A DNA stretch of 64,000 nucleotides from Flaccisagitta enflata (Eukaryota), in NCBI GenBank assembly GCA_965153355.1, contig OZ231126.1, positions 25,854,001 through 25,918,000 on the forward strand, written 5' to 3'. The position numbers and the translations under genes were made by a program. Shown in pieces: positions 42,426 through 56,309 of this stretch. The notes beneath the pieces were generated by a model. That model did no database searches. It had not been told where the DNA came from and worked only from the letters and a program-made list of their open reading frames with translations. Within the stretch, counting starts at the first letter, position 1. Each line of letters starts with the position of its first letter.

Positions 42426-44035
42426 TATCGCGCGGCCTTGGGGGAAGGAAATCTTTTGTTTGTCATTTCCAGACGCACGCGACTGTTGCCCTCTTGGGCT
42501 TGTTTCTTGAAGTGACCCCTTGCTGCCATATCCATTAGTCCACAACGCTTTGTCTACATAAGTTTTAGTACCCTTTGTTTCCCTGCATTTTCTTATTTGT
42601 CGCTTACACTTGACTTAATATGCCTATCCGTCTTTTGATCCATAGGTCTCACTCAGCTCATTCGGCGTTTATGGGCAGCATTTGCATCATCGGTTCTGCT
42701 CGTATGCTTGCGCTAGGTTGCCCAATTTATCACTGTTCCTGCCCACCCGCATGCGACTTGGGTAGCCGTGTATTGGGCCTTGTTCTCTTCTTAGTCTCGC
42801 TTTCCCTCTTTCTTTTATCCCTCGTTACTGCATAACAATGGAACTCTCTACTGAAATGCCCCAGAGTCACTTTCCAACTTCCCTTCCATCCCTCTCAGCC
42901 TCTCTCTCTCTCTCCAGCACTTCACTCTTTACTCCCCTACTCGCTCACATCACAGTCCCTTCTTGCTGCGGTTTTGTTCCGTGAGAGGGCTTTTTTCACT
43001 CCTTTTGTTGTTTGATTTTCAATTGAAATTCAGCTCCGTGGGGAGGAAGAAGACGGAGAAGAAGAAGGACAAAAAGAAAAAGAAGAACGAGATGAAGAAG
43101 AATAAGAAGAAGAAGAACAGGAAGAAGAAGAAGAAGAAGAAGAAGAAGAAGAAGAAGAAGAAGAAGAAGGAGAAGAAGAAAAAGTAGGAAATGACTAGAG
43201 GAGGAGAAGGAGGAAGCAGATGAAGAGGAAGAGGAAGTTAGGGCGTAGGGGAGATGAGTAGGCGGCGGCAGCTTTTGAATTTTATTCCATTGTTATGGTT
43301 GATGTTATGGAATCTTACGAGGTTGAAAATCTATTCCTCCTTTATCATTTCCCCTTTCCTTATCCCCTTGCCCTTTTTCCCTTTCTCCTCTTCTCTCTCT
43401 TTCCTTTCCTCTCTTACTACGCTGAGAGGATTATGCGAACATTCTTTGGCTTTTTTTCCATCGCATAAAAAGTCAAGGCTTTTGTTCCAATCCCTGTGCA
43501 TGTAGATTTGGATTTTGGATTTGGGTGTAAGTGCTTGTGAAAGTGTAGTAGAATGAGATATGCGAAGAGACACTGAGCTCATGAGACGCTCGCATTCACG
43601 GACAATATTTTCTTTCATCAGGAGACATCACATGGGCTTAAACAGAGACAACTAGAATTCTCTCCCTTCTCTCCCCCTTCTCCACACTTACGCGCACACT
43701 TTCAATTTCATACAGACGCATCAAAACACAAACAGCGACTGATACGTAAAACCACACAGACGAAAACAAGTGAAAGAGCAAAACAAGCAAAAAGAAGAAA
43801 AAAATGCCAGAAGAAGAATAAGAGGAGAAAGATGTTCTCATGTTTTCATTGGAATGAAGCTGGAATCAGGCGGAGTACCACCACCAGAGTCGCTGGCAAT
43901 CAAACAACCATTTATCAGGATTACACCACCTTGTTTTCACCGACATTTCGATTCACCATTTTCCCCCTTTCACACGTTATACCCTCAACTTTCTTTTTGT
44001 TTCTTCTTTTGTGCCTCTCTTTTGTGTGTGTGTGA

Positions 44036-44233
<198 letters not shown>

Positions 44234-44572
44234 TGAGTGTACTTCTTTTTCTCTTCAACCCTAAAAGAAATGCATTCTAGAAGCACCGCCCCCCCCCTCC
44301 GCCCCAACGGACCCGCTCTTAACCTACGCCTATAACAGATACTATTTCTTGGTTGCTTGAACATGTTTTTTTTCCTATATTAGCTGAAACAGAAATCCGC
44401 ATATAACAGACTAACTTTTCTGGTCCTCTGTAATCCGTTAAAGCGGGATTCAACTATACCGAATTACGCTGTTGTTGCAAAGCTTTATTTTCCTTGGCGC
44501 AAACCGTAAATGCTAGGAAGAAAACACGACAAGCAGTCAGACTAGGATGCATCTTGTAATTATGCCATATCA

Positions 44573-46013
44573 GATAACCTTCAGTTTGGGTTTAAACGAA
44601 AAACCAGCACCAACCATGCACTTTTCTCTCTCAAAACAACAGTTGACCATTTCAATGAACGAGGCTCAAATGTATTTGTCGCTTTTCTTGACTGTACAAA
44701 AGCCTTTGATAGAATTTCGCATTCTGGCTTGTTTATAAAACTCATCAAACGAAATATTCCACTGTGCATTCTCATGTGTTTAGTCTACTGGTACCTGAAC
44801 ATGTCGTGTAATGTAAAATGGGCCGACAAACTAAGTAGAGAGTTCAGAGTTCCACTTGGAATAAAGCAAGGTGGCATTAATTCGCCAGAATTATTCGGGT
44901 GCTACATAGATGACATTTGCGCCATTCTCAGACATGCCGATGTTGGTTGCCACATGTATGGTATTTTTCTTGCGATGATATTATTTGCTGACGATCTTTG
45001 TTTGCTGGCACCCACTCGCCAAGCACTCATCAAAATGATTCAACTGTGCGCCGATTATTGCAAGGAATTCGGGCTTGCATTTAATGCCGCCAAGTCAAAG
45101 ATAGTCGTCTTCTCAAAGTCAAAAATAAACAATGACACTCTCGCACCTGTACTTCCTAATGGAAAAGTTGTTGAGTATGTAAGTAGTATCGTTTACCTTG
45201 GAGCTACCATCACCAACAACAAGGGATTTACCTTCTCATCAAAAAATGATCTGGCGAAATTCTATCGCGCTTCTAACTCTACAGAGGATGGAGAAATATA
45301 AGATGTGAACCCCCTAAAACTGTAGCACCCCCCCTTGCAGATCAAACTAAAGCAATGATTAGTTAGTACTGGGTTTCAAATTATAGCTTAGGATTATACA
45401 AGTGGCGCCACCAGGGCGATTTTGAAATTTCTACTCCAGTTTGAAGTTAAAGCACAAAAACCTTAATTTCATAAATATTTTAAAATAGTTTATTTTAACA
45501 TGTTTATTAGTTATATTTTGAGTTAGAAGTCAAAATTTAAAAATCGCTCTGGTGGCGCCACTTTTATTGATACAAACATTCATTCTCTATCCCAAAAGTC
45601 TTTGTAAAATAATTAGGTAGAGCTGTAGGCGGGGGTGCTAAAGTTTTTAGGGGGTTCACACCTTGTATTTAGCACTTCTCTGTATTCTGAGAGCTGTGAG
45701 AAAACCCAGTGAGGAAGTGATGATGCAGCTCCTTTACTCGTGTTGTACCCCAATTCTCTCCTATGCTTGTGCAGTCAAGCAATATTAATCCAAACAAATG
45801 CAAGATTGTTGCACTGCATTAAATGACGCTCTTCGGCTTATATTTGGTTATAACCGTTGGGAGAGTGTTAGAATGTTACGCGAATCGTTTGGGTATAAGT
45901 CACTGGTTGACATATTCAGTCGTGCTAAAGCGAAATTTGACGGTTCCTTGATTTCCCATCATAATCCCATTATATCTCAAATTGCGAGAAACTTGGTGTT
46001 AGAGCAACAATGA
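44573..46013 (+). pseudogene. Reverse transcriptase ORF2 remnant, interrupted by a MITE and one stop codon
   Basis: Removing 45282-45682 plus one TA restores the frame ...FYRASNS|ILRAVRKPSEEVMMQLLYSCCTPILSYACAVKQY*SKQMQDCC...VLEQQ*. Confidence 0.9.
45282..45682. mobile_element. 401-bp TA-target MITE nested in the LINE
   Basis: TA at 45280-45281 and 45683-45684. ~50-bp imperfect TIRs CAGAG...GTGAACCCCCTAAAAC..TAGCACCCCC. Internal IR GTGGCGCCACCAG / CTGGTGGCGCCAC. Confidence 0.92.
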
Positions 46014-46253
46014 TTTAAACGGGTCGCTTCCTTTTTCTGTTATTCTATGAACTGTATTAAAACAGTCCGATTTATCAGTCCCTCATGCTATTATGTAGCG
46101 AGGTGACAAAAGATTTATTTATTTTTTTCCTCTCGCTCTTGCTCTTTGAAACTATGTAGATTTTAGCCATTGATTTGATGTATGTGTATGAATCTGTCGC
46201 TTATTTCTGCTGACGAATTAAAAGAACATATAATTATGAATCAAAAGTCGCAT

Positions 46254-46315
<62 letters not shown>

Positions 46316-46605
46316 CACACATATACAAACACGCACACACATACACACAAGCTCACACACATCGTACGCTCAAGTAAGACTCGTCTGATATGAAGGTGAG
46401 AGAAAAGGTTTTTCTCATCTTCCAGCTGTCTGTCAGTTTGATCTATTGCTTTTCACCTTCCTCCTCCTTAGCCTCCGTCACCTCCTCCTTCTCCTCCTCC
46501 TCCTCTACCTCTTTCTCCATGTTGTACGGCAAACAAAGAGAGACATCTTTCATTTATTCTCAAGAGATTTGGAAAGTGCAGAACAACGTGAGAGCGGAAG
46601 AAAAG

Positions 46606-46723
<118 letters not shown>

Positions 46724-48269
46724 ATGGGACAGTCCGTCAGATAGACAGACAGACAGATAGACAGCCAGACTGACAAACAACAGCAGATATACTGTCAATG
46801 AAGGAAATACTATATCAATGATTACGATCAAGAATCACGATGGAAATACAGTTAGGCTTCACCTAACTCTAAAGCGGCTGTCAAGGGAGTAAGGACTGAG
46901 CAAAGTTCTGCCTTATAGTGAAGCTGCCTTATTGCCAATATAGAAATCACTAGATAATCATTTTCTTAGTCGCGTGCTACGCGACTCTACACCCCGCTTT
47001 GTTGGTCCGTCCGTCGGTCCGTCGTTCTGTCAGTCCGTCGGTCGGTCCGTCCGTCCGTCACACTTTACTTTTTTTTTGTTTTAGCGGTCTATGGCCTGCT
47101 CCTGCCCAATTGATCAAGTAACCTCAAATACAGCCCCTGCCCACCCGCACGCGACTGGGATAACCGTGTATCCGGCCTTGTTGGAATGAAAAATGAATGT
47201 ATTATATTACAGGTTCACATGTCCTATTAGCGGGTGCGGCCTAGCGGTGTTCCCATGTATACGCAATAGACATGACATGTCATGTCTGCCCAATCAGTAG
47301 ACAAGCTAGACTAGGAGGCCAAGTCGTCCTGCATTTTACGGATAAACAAGGCCAACACCTCTAAGTCGCGTGCGGTCGTCAAGACTAAAAGACAAAATAT
47401 AAAATGACTTAAAATGACTTAAAACGACGTAAAATGGCGAAAAAAAGCTAAGCGTGATGGACCGACAAACGGACCGACGGACGGACCGACAGATTGACAG
47501 AGTGGGTCATAGAGTCGCGATCACGCGACTAAAAATTGTTCAGTTGCTTGGAAATAAACAAGCCCAATACAAAGCAAGGCAAAAGTATTATCAACCGACA
47601 GACTTACTGACGGAAAAACTGAGAGACTGATAGAACGACTGAACGACTGACCGACACAGCAACGCATAGAGTCCGGGGTTGGCGACCAGAAATGAATCTT
47701 TTCTTGATTCACAGTGAAAATCGCGGTTTCGCATCCCAGTGTTTGTGTGTATGATAAGATAATTGATAAGCACTCATGATCGTTTGAAATCATGCACCAT
47801 TCTTTGATCTGTCAGTCCGTCCGTCGTTTTTTTACTTCTATATGTTACCAAAATTTTACACATTTACGGGTGGGTTCTGCGTCACTGCCACTTGTCAATT
47901 TCTGTCAACGAAGACCGAAAAGCATCATCATGGTACGCAAAAAGCAGAGTGCTTTGAAATTGCCCTGCAAAAGGAACTAACACAATCCTACAACGGGAGT
48001 GAATATGCCTAAAAAACATGTCGCAATCCGCAACAAAAACAACCGCTGGTGTTTTGGTTGATCTCTCACGAGCGCTATCTCAAATCTCTTTGCCATGGTT
48101 TAGACTTGGTCCAACTCACCCCCCCCCCCACCCTCGCGCTTTGCCACATCCCCATATCCCCCCCTCCGCCCCTTGTCCCCTTAGCATCTCACATATATAT
48201 GCAATATCCAAACCGTAACCAACGTCAAACCTGGGAATCTCTCTGTCTGTCTGTCTGTCTGTCTGTCTG

Positions 48270-48391
<122 letters not shown>

Positions 48392-48736
48392 ATTTCACCC
48401 TTTACGAGACTTGTTTTTGCCACAAAAATCCCTTGTTTTGGTTTGCCGCTTTTTGCTCCATTTAACATGTCGGCTCAAAGGGTGGAGTGGGTGACGGAGG
48501 TGGAGGAAGGGAGGACGAGAATTTTAGAAGAAAAAACAGTGACGGTAGTATGAGCATACGAGGATTAAAAGCCGGAGACAGAAGTTGAAAAGGAAAAGGA
48601 GAAAAAATTAAAAATTCATGTTAACTTAGACAGCTTTGAAACATGATTTTGTATTCGTTAATAGTTAGTCATGTTTACAATGTCGAAATTTTGTTTGTTG
48701 TTAGTGATTCAATCTATCAATGTGTAAGTAGATTTG

Positions 48737-48875
<139 letters not shown>

Positions 48876-49035
48876 ATTTGCATATTGTCATCAATTACGT
48901 TTTGACCTGTCAATAAGCGATGAATCAACGTAAAGGATTTTATTGTTAAGAAAGCTTGTTTCAAGGATGATAATGTCGATATTCATCATATTAAGAACAT
49001 AGTTGAACATGATTCACGGAGCAAATGTTTGCTAC

Positions 49036-49175
49036 GGGAGTTTGACGCAATAGAGAATTCGCAAAATTGACGCTACTGAGAATTGGTATTTTTGACACAA
49101 TGGAGAATTCTCTATTGTGTCAAAATGGTAAAAAGATTTTTATACTCACAACCGAGAATTCTCACTCTCTCTTAT

Positions 49176-49265
<90 letters not shown>

Positions 49266-49404
49266 TTTTTTTTCGCTCTGTACTTTTTTCTCTCTTTTTT
49301 TTCTTCCCTATTTTTTTCTTTTCTTTTTTCTTTCTCTCTTTCTAATATCATTTTCTCCAATTTTTTTTCCCTTCCTTCTTTCTTACTATCTTTTTTTCTT
49401 TCCT

Positions 49405-49443
<39 letters not shown>

Positions 49444-50460
49444 CACTTACACACTCACTCATACACACTGTCACTCTTTCTACAGACATGTGCAATTAAA
49501 TTCCACATTATAACGGATGTTGGGGAAGCAATGAATTAGATGAATAGATGGATGGGTAAAGGAATGAGAAGACAGACAGATGGATGGACGGATAGATGAA
49601 CAAATAGACAAATATATGGATATACCCTCTGATAGAGATGTGAGGATGCATCGTACACCTGAATATAGCTTCTTATAAATGTATTGTAAATATACAAGGG
49701 GATTTGACATAATCCAATTGGAAAAAATTGTAACCCTGAGTTTTATTGGTTTCTTTTCTTGATGGAATTTAAATAAATTTTGAAAATTAAAAAAAAAGAT
49801 CATCAAAATATATCACAATTTAATTAGAAAAATACAATGATTAACAATTTCTTTAAGGATAAAAAAATTAAAAGTAAAGGATAAAAAATGAAATATGAAA
49901 ATAAAAACTAAAAAAAGGTGTAGAATAAAAAATGACGCTTGAAAAGTGATAACGAAATTTGAAAATAAAAGTGAAAAATGAAAAGTAGAAAATAGAAAGT
50001 AAAAAATAAAAAAAGTAAGTTAGAATTAAAGGGATGAAATATGAAATAAATAAAAAAAACATAAAGTAAAAAGTTGAATATAGCATAAAAATGAATTTAG
50101 GAGATGAAGAATAAAGAATGAAAAAAAATGTACAAGTTACTGCTAAACAGTATAAAACTACTTAAAAAACCTAAGGTTGGTTTAGATTATCTGCTTAAAT
50201 CCCTCCACTAATAAAACAAGGCCAACACCTATAAGTTGTGCGCGAGACTTACAGATTGACTTAGAATGACTTAGAATGACTTAGAATGACTTAGTGTACC
50301 CTGAAATGATGAGAAATGACTTAAAGAAATAAATTTGATAAAAAAAGTAAAATGGGGACCAACCGACCAACCAACCAACCAACCGACCAACCAACGGACA
50401 GAAAAAGCGTGCACGCGACTTAAAAAATTCAATGCATAAATATGTTTGCAATAAAACTTT

Positions 50461-50549
<89 letters not shown>

Positions 50550-50700
50550 GAGAAAATTATTCTCAGTAGTGTCAATTATTTGTTCCAAAATCATCACAAT
50601 AGAGAATAGATATTGACACTATGGAGAATTCTCAGTAGCGTCAAAATGTGTTATTGTCATCATTGACGGTACCGAGAATTCTCGGTAGCGTCAGCCACTC
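49036..50700. mobile_element. Mutator-like non-autonomous element
   Basis: 9-bp TSD GTTTGCTAC at 49027-49035 and 50701-50709. The imperfect TIRs align without gaps (GGGAGTTTGACGCAATAGAGAATTC vs GAGTGGCTGACGCTACCGAGAATTC). Repeated palindromic TGACRC-N4-GAGAATTCTC-N4-GYGTCA motifs lie at both ends. Confidence 0.72.
50215..50427 (-). mobile_element. HINE-like element inside the Mutator-like element
   Basis: AACAAGGCCAACACCTATAAGT..., (TTAGAATGAC)n, (ACCA)n, GCGTGCACGCGACTTAAAAA. Confidence 0.65.
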
Positions 50701-51963
50701 GTTTGCTACAGAAACTAGAAAGTGTTTTGTGAAGGATTCAGAGTTCAAAATATTGCAAAACAAATCTTGAACAGTCGAAATGGAAATGAGCAATTCGCGG
50801 TGCTTGTTTAAAAGCGTCAACCTTCAAAGCGCCATTCGGGCCTAGGGCCTGAGCTTTGGGCACTCTCTCGGTCGAGTTCCCATCCGCTTCCTGGCCGTTA
50901 TGTACTCGATGAGTGTGTAGAAATCGAAGCTTGCCGCTTACTGTGACTTTGGCGATTTGGTCCCGTTTTTCGGTCTTTATTGGACCATGGTGTCCACCAT
51001 CAGATACTGTCGGTCACCGCAGCCGAGCATCATCATGTGATTGTACCTTTCTTCGTCTTGCATTAGTCTTAAGTCGCGGACACGCGTCTCTTTACGTTGC
51101 TGAGTTAGTCGGTCGGTAACTTTTTGAGAGAGTGACCAGTTCACTGTTAAACTGTCCCTGGCCACCAGCTCACGACAAAGAGTCTGTGTAAAGTACACGG
51201 CCTTGTTTGATATGTAAAATTCTCATCTTAATTTGAAAATGTTGCACTCTCTCACTATGAAATTTTCACGATTATCCTCATCTATCATTTTCTGCATTGG
51301 CTTCTTACTCTTCATCTTCTTCCTTTTTTATTTTCTTCAATTTCTCCGTCCTATTCATTCTCTTCAGTTTCTTCATTTCCTTCATCCTCTTCATTCTCTT
51401 CATTTTCTTCATCCGCTTCATCTTCTTCATCCTCTTCATCTTCTTCATCCGCTTCATTTTCTTCATCCTTTATATTTTCTTTCTTCTCTCCAGGTCTCCG
51501 CGCCTTCGCACACGTCAAGGCTAAAAGTTCAAAATCATCATAAAAATGCAAAACTGGTTTCTTTCTCACTCTGAATCTTTACCCTTCTGCCTTCCTGTCT
51601 ATCTTTCGGCCTGTTTTATTGTCTATCTTTCGGCCTGTCTATGCTCTCGTCATTCATCCTTCTCCTCAAATCTGCCTGCTTGTTTGTCTTGTCGTCTGTC
51701 TATCTTTCAAGCTGTCATTGTAACATCGAATAAGTGCGTAACTATGTCGCATTGTCACTATGTCATTTTATCACTATGTCACTATGACATATGTTTTCCT
51801 GACACAGAAACTGCCGTCATTTCTTTAGAACAGCTCTGTCTCTTTCTCTATCTCTTTGTCATTTTGTCTCTTTGTCATTTTGTCTCTTTGTCATTTTGTC
51901 TCTTTGTCATTTTGTCTCTTTGTCTCTTTGTCTCTTTGTCTCTCTCAAGGGAGCATTACTTTC

Positions 51964-52186
51964 TTTTTAGTCACGTGCTTTGTCCTTCAGCTGTCAGTCC
52001 GTTGGTTGACCGCCACTTTTTTTTGGCATCTCACTTTGTCCATCCCTCCGTTGGTCGATCTCATTTTAATTTTTTTATGATGTTTATTTTTTTACCTCTC
52101 TGCTCCTGCCCAAATGGTCTGGTGACCTCAAATATGGCCCCTACCCACCCGCACGCGACTATGATTGCCGTGTATCGGGCCTTGTT
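51964..52186 (+). mobile_element. Family-A HINE
   Basis: TTTTTAGTCACGTG...CTGCTCCTGCCCAAATG...CGCGACT...GCCGTGTATCGGGCCTTGTT. Confidence 0.7.
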
Positions 52187-52356
52187 GCCATCCAAAGTGC
52201 GTAAATTCACCCCTAACAAACGGCTTCCAATTTGAGTCAACAGCATGTAATAGAATGGCATATTCCCAAGGTGGCATCACCTTCTTTTTAGTCACGTGCT
52301 ACGCGCCTCCACACCTCGCTTAGCTCCTCTGTTTTCAGTCAGTCGGTTGGTCACTA

Positions 52357-52577
52357 CTTTTTTGGGCGGCGGCCCCGTAGTGTCCAATGTCCTATGCTTT
52401 CACAATTGGAGAAATTTCTCCTCCATTTGATTCTTCTTCGTACCCCCCCCCCCCTCCGGCCTCAAGACCTAAATTTCAGTCTCAAGGCCTAAATCCCTGC
52501 CTTGAGGCCCATATCCCACCCACGAGGCCCGAATCCTAGCTTCAAGGCCCAAGTCCCAACCTCAGGGCCCAAATCCT
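52357..52577 (+). mobile_element. Partial family-B HINE
   Basis: TTTTGGGCGGCGGCCCC...poly-C...21-bp (CAAGGCCCAAATCCC...) repeats. Confidence 0.55.
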
Positions 52578-52793
52578 ACACACTTTCCATGCCAAGCGTG
52601 ACAGATAACAGACTAGGGGATGGACAAACGGACAGACAGGAAAGAAGGGCAGGGACAAACAGACCAACAAACAGACAAACACCCTTATAGAAGTGTATGT
52701 CCAAAACATGAAGAAAAAAAAATATTACATTAAAGCAGAGGACAGATGGACAGGCGCGTACACCCCCCCCCCCCCACACATATGCACACACAT

Positions 52794-55054
52794 CTCTGGA
52801 TACCCCCCCAAAGAGAATCGAAAATACCATTTTTTCTGACTGTGCTATTTGTCTTCAGGAACATATGGGCTACTGAAAAAAACAAAAAACAAAAAAATTC
52901 TTCAGGCCATTTTATTTCACTTTTAGGTAAAAAAGGCGTTTTTATGACTTTTTAAGCATGGAAAAAATTGTTCGTACAGGCTTAGAAAATCTGAAAAAAT
53001 ACTGGAAATGTGTAATAGATAGAATATAAATGTTTTCACCCTTCGCAAACAGTATTTCTAGGTATCATACAGATTAGAGCTTGAAAATGGTGTAAAAAGG
53101 ACGAAATATAGCTTTTTTCCGTAGTTTTCAGTCTAAATTTGTTTTTGCAGCATTTTAAATCCCGAAAAATACTTGAAAAGTATAGTGGTAATCTGATACG
53201 AAATTTAACTACTTTTACCCTAAACAATCAGTAAATTTTGATTTTTAGGTTTTAGAGTTAAAAAATAGCTAAAAAATAGCAAAATATTGTGTTTTTAAGC
53301 ATCTTAAAGCAAATAATTATTTATGCACTTTTATAAATCAAAAAAAAAATACTGGAAATGTGTGGCAATAGATAGAATATACATGTTTTTACACGCTTTC
53401 CACAAAAGTTTTTTAGACGTCTTAAAGATTAAAGTTTAAAAATAGCGTAAAAATACTGAAATATGTTTTTTTTCAGCATTTTTAAGTCTCAAATTTTTTA
53501 ATACAGCATTTCAACTCCCAAAAATCCTAGAAATGTGTAGTAGTAGTCTGAGTTTAACTTAAGAAAACAAAAAATTGATATTCTTAAACTAAAAGATTGT
53601 TCATGAATTTCTAAAAATTTATAATACCGCATAAACAATCTTTTACTTGAAAATGCTTAAAAAAACAATATTTTACTCTTTAAAAGCCATTTTTAAACTA
53701 TGAACTTAAAAAAATTATTGATTGTTCAGGGTAAAAGTATTTAAATTCAGACTACTACTACATATTTCTAGGATTTTTGGGAGTTGAAATGCTGTATTAA
53801 AGAATTTGAGACTTAAAAATGCTGAAAAAAAACATATTTCAGTATTTTTACGCTATTTTTAAACTTTAATCTTTAAGATCTTTAAAAAAACTTTTTGTGA
53901 AAGGTAAAAACATGTATATTCTATCTATTGCCACACATTTCCAGTATTTTTTTTTTATTTATAAAAGTGCACGAATAATTATTTACTTTGAGATGCCTAA
54001 AAACATAATATTTTGCTATTTTTTAGCTATTTTTTAACTCTAAACCTAAAAAAATCAAAATTTTCTGATTGTTCAAGGTAAAAGTAGTTAAGCTCAGACT
54101 ACTACTACACTTTTCTAGGATTTTTAGGGTTAAAATGCTGTAAAACAAATTATTGAAAAATACTGAAAAAAGTCATATTTAAATGCATTTTTTTTAGGCC
54201 ATTTTTAAGCTCTAATCTGTAAGATACCTAAAAACACTGTCTATGAAGGGTAAAAACGTGTATATTCTAACTCTGTGCCTTACATTTCCAGTATTTTGGA
54301 TTTTCATTGCATGAACAATTTTATCTTAAAAGTCACCAAAAATGCCCTTTTGGGCAGCGGCCGAAGGGATCGTGACTATGCTTCACACAGGAGAATTTCT
54401 CGCTGTCTCATCAGCCCCCACGCTTTGACCTCGAGACACAATCCCGGCAGGGGCGAGAATCTGGCCTCGAACCCAAATCCAAGCCTCGTGCCCCCAAATC
54501 TCAGCCTCAAGGCCCAAATTCCAGTCTCAAGGCCCAAATCCCAGCCTCAAGGCCCAAATCCCGGCCTCGAGCCCAGATCAGTGCCGAGGGCCCAAATCCC
54601 AGCTCAGGCTTGAATCCCAGCCTCAAGGCCCAAATCCCAGCCTCAAGGCTAAATCCCGCCTTGAGCCCAATTTAACATGGGCTCAAATCCCAGTCTCGAG
54701 CTCCGAATCCTCATGCAGAGGAACAAAATCCCTGCTCTCGGCTGAATCCGAGCAGGCCCGATTCCAGCCTCCAGGCTTGAATAAAAACAGCGCAGGTCGT
54801 CAGCTCCTTCAGGGCCCCCGGGCATGTAACCACCTCTCGCCATCATACGCTCACATAGGGGCATCGGGAAGCGCAGACCATCTAGCGCTATTGTCTAACT
54901 ATTTGCATTATTTTCTAAAAAGTGAAATAAATGAAAAAATTTCAGAAGATTTTTTTTGTTTTTTGTTTTTTTCAGTAGCCCACATGTTCCTGAAGACAAA
55001 TAGCACAGTCAGAAAAAATGGTATTTTTGATTCTCTTTGGGGGGGTATCCAGAG
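52794..55054. mobile_element. Large foldback element (almost entirely palindromic), interrupted by a family-B HINE
   Basis: TIR CTCTGGATACCCCCCCAAAGAGAATC... / ...GATTCTCTTTGGGGGGGTATCCAGAG|TA. Internal blocks ~53230-53555 and ~53740-54075 are inverted copies. Centre is near 53.6 kb. Confidence 0.88.
54348..54903 (+). mobile_element. Family-B HINE
   Basis: TTTTGGGCAGCGGCC..., (CCCAGCCTCAAGGCCCAAATC)n, and 3' GGGCATCGGGAAGCGCAGACCAT as in 3669-4323. Inserted at a T-run of the foldback's right arm. Confidence 0.75.
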
Positions 55055-55185
55055 TATTACTTGCAGTATCACGGGCTAACAGACGGGTTGACCCACAGAC
55101 TGTCAAAGCCTCTTAGGTATCCGCGAGTCCACAAACAAGCAAGTGATGCGGGGTCACAATACCATTGCAGACGGGTTTGCTGGGG

Positions 55186-56126
55186 CATTCGGGTGTGTCA
55201 ATATGCAAAAGTATGTTTGATTAGATCATCGACATCAGGGAATATAAAAAAAATAATTTTAAGACTTTTAGCGTTTTTATTTCTTCAAATTTTCTTCGTC
55301 TTCTGCTTTTTTAGCGCAAGAAAAGATTGTCAAAAATATGTATACCTCCAGCATCTGCACTGAGTTTTGGTGGAAATAAGACTCATAACTTCTACAAAAA
55401 AAATTGGTTGTTGTCTCTTTATACAACTTTGGTGATAAACAAACAACCGTTACTTTGTTGCCACTTGAATTAGCACCAAGATATTCATGTGTTGAATCTG
55501 ATTAGGTTCAGTAACAATGATATTGATAAAAAATCATCAACACAGCATATATAAATTAGGACTAAAAAGGGGTTTTAAAAAAAATGGAAGATGAATGAAA
55601 TTTGATAAAATAAAAACGCTAAAGGTTTTAGAATTTAATACCTTATGCTCTATGATGTTAATGGTCTCATCAAACAACCTTTTGCATATTGACACATCCG
55701 GCCGGGTCATCCAACTTAAAAGGCCTGTTTTCGCTTTTAAGTCGCAACTCTAAACCTTACCGTGCCAGTCGGTCCGTCAGTCCGTCAGAAACATTTTTGA
55801 ATTGCAAACAGTGTTTGGATTACTGCTCCTGCCCAGCCCAGGTGTTTATTCTAGTTGCAAATAGATAAAAAATTTTCATCTATCACCAAAATCATAAAAA
55901 GAAACAAAATATAATCTTTTCTTTAGAAGATCTAGGCTCTGTTTTCAATAAAACTAGGTAGAGACACTGAAAATATGTATGTTTTTAATATTTTTTTTTG
56001 TGCTGATTAGATAACAATAAATAAAATTTGATAAAAAAATGCCAAAAATTTTAAAATTTCTTTATTTATACTCCCTTATAAAATGATTTGATCAAACATG
56101 CTTTTGCATATTGACACACCCAAATG
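55186..56126. mobile_element. MITE or composite with ~35-bp TIRs
   Basis: CATTCGGGTGTGTCAATATGCAAAAGTATGTTTGAT / ATCAAACATGCTTTTGCATATTGACACACCCAAATG|TA. An extra right-type TIR lies at ~55668-55699. Confidence 0.7.
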
Positions 56127-56309
56127 TACTGCTTTCTTCAAATTGTTTTCATGAGATCCTGTAGCGACTAACTAGCTAACTGGAAATAAAAATCTTTCTG
56201 ACTGTTAAGTGCATTCATACAATCATACATACAGTGAATATGATTCATTGGACTTCTTTCTAGCTGCATGCTCTCCACCTGTTTATACATGTTTTTCGGC
56301 TATTCAGTA

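Larger units (their letters stand above)
44565..46230 (+). mobile_element. 5'-truncated non-LTR retrotransposon (LINE; RTE-X/CR1-like RT), specific to arm 2
   Basis: 8-bp TSD TAATTATG at 44557-44564 and 46231-46238. RT motifs QFGFK, FLDCTKAFDRI, GIKQGGINSP, FADD, FNAAKS. The empty site is in arm 1 at ~1980-1990. The clade assignment is tentative. Confidence 0.93.
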
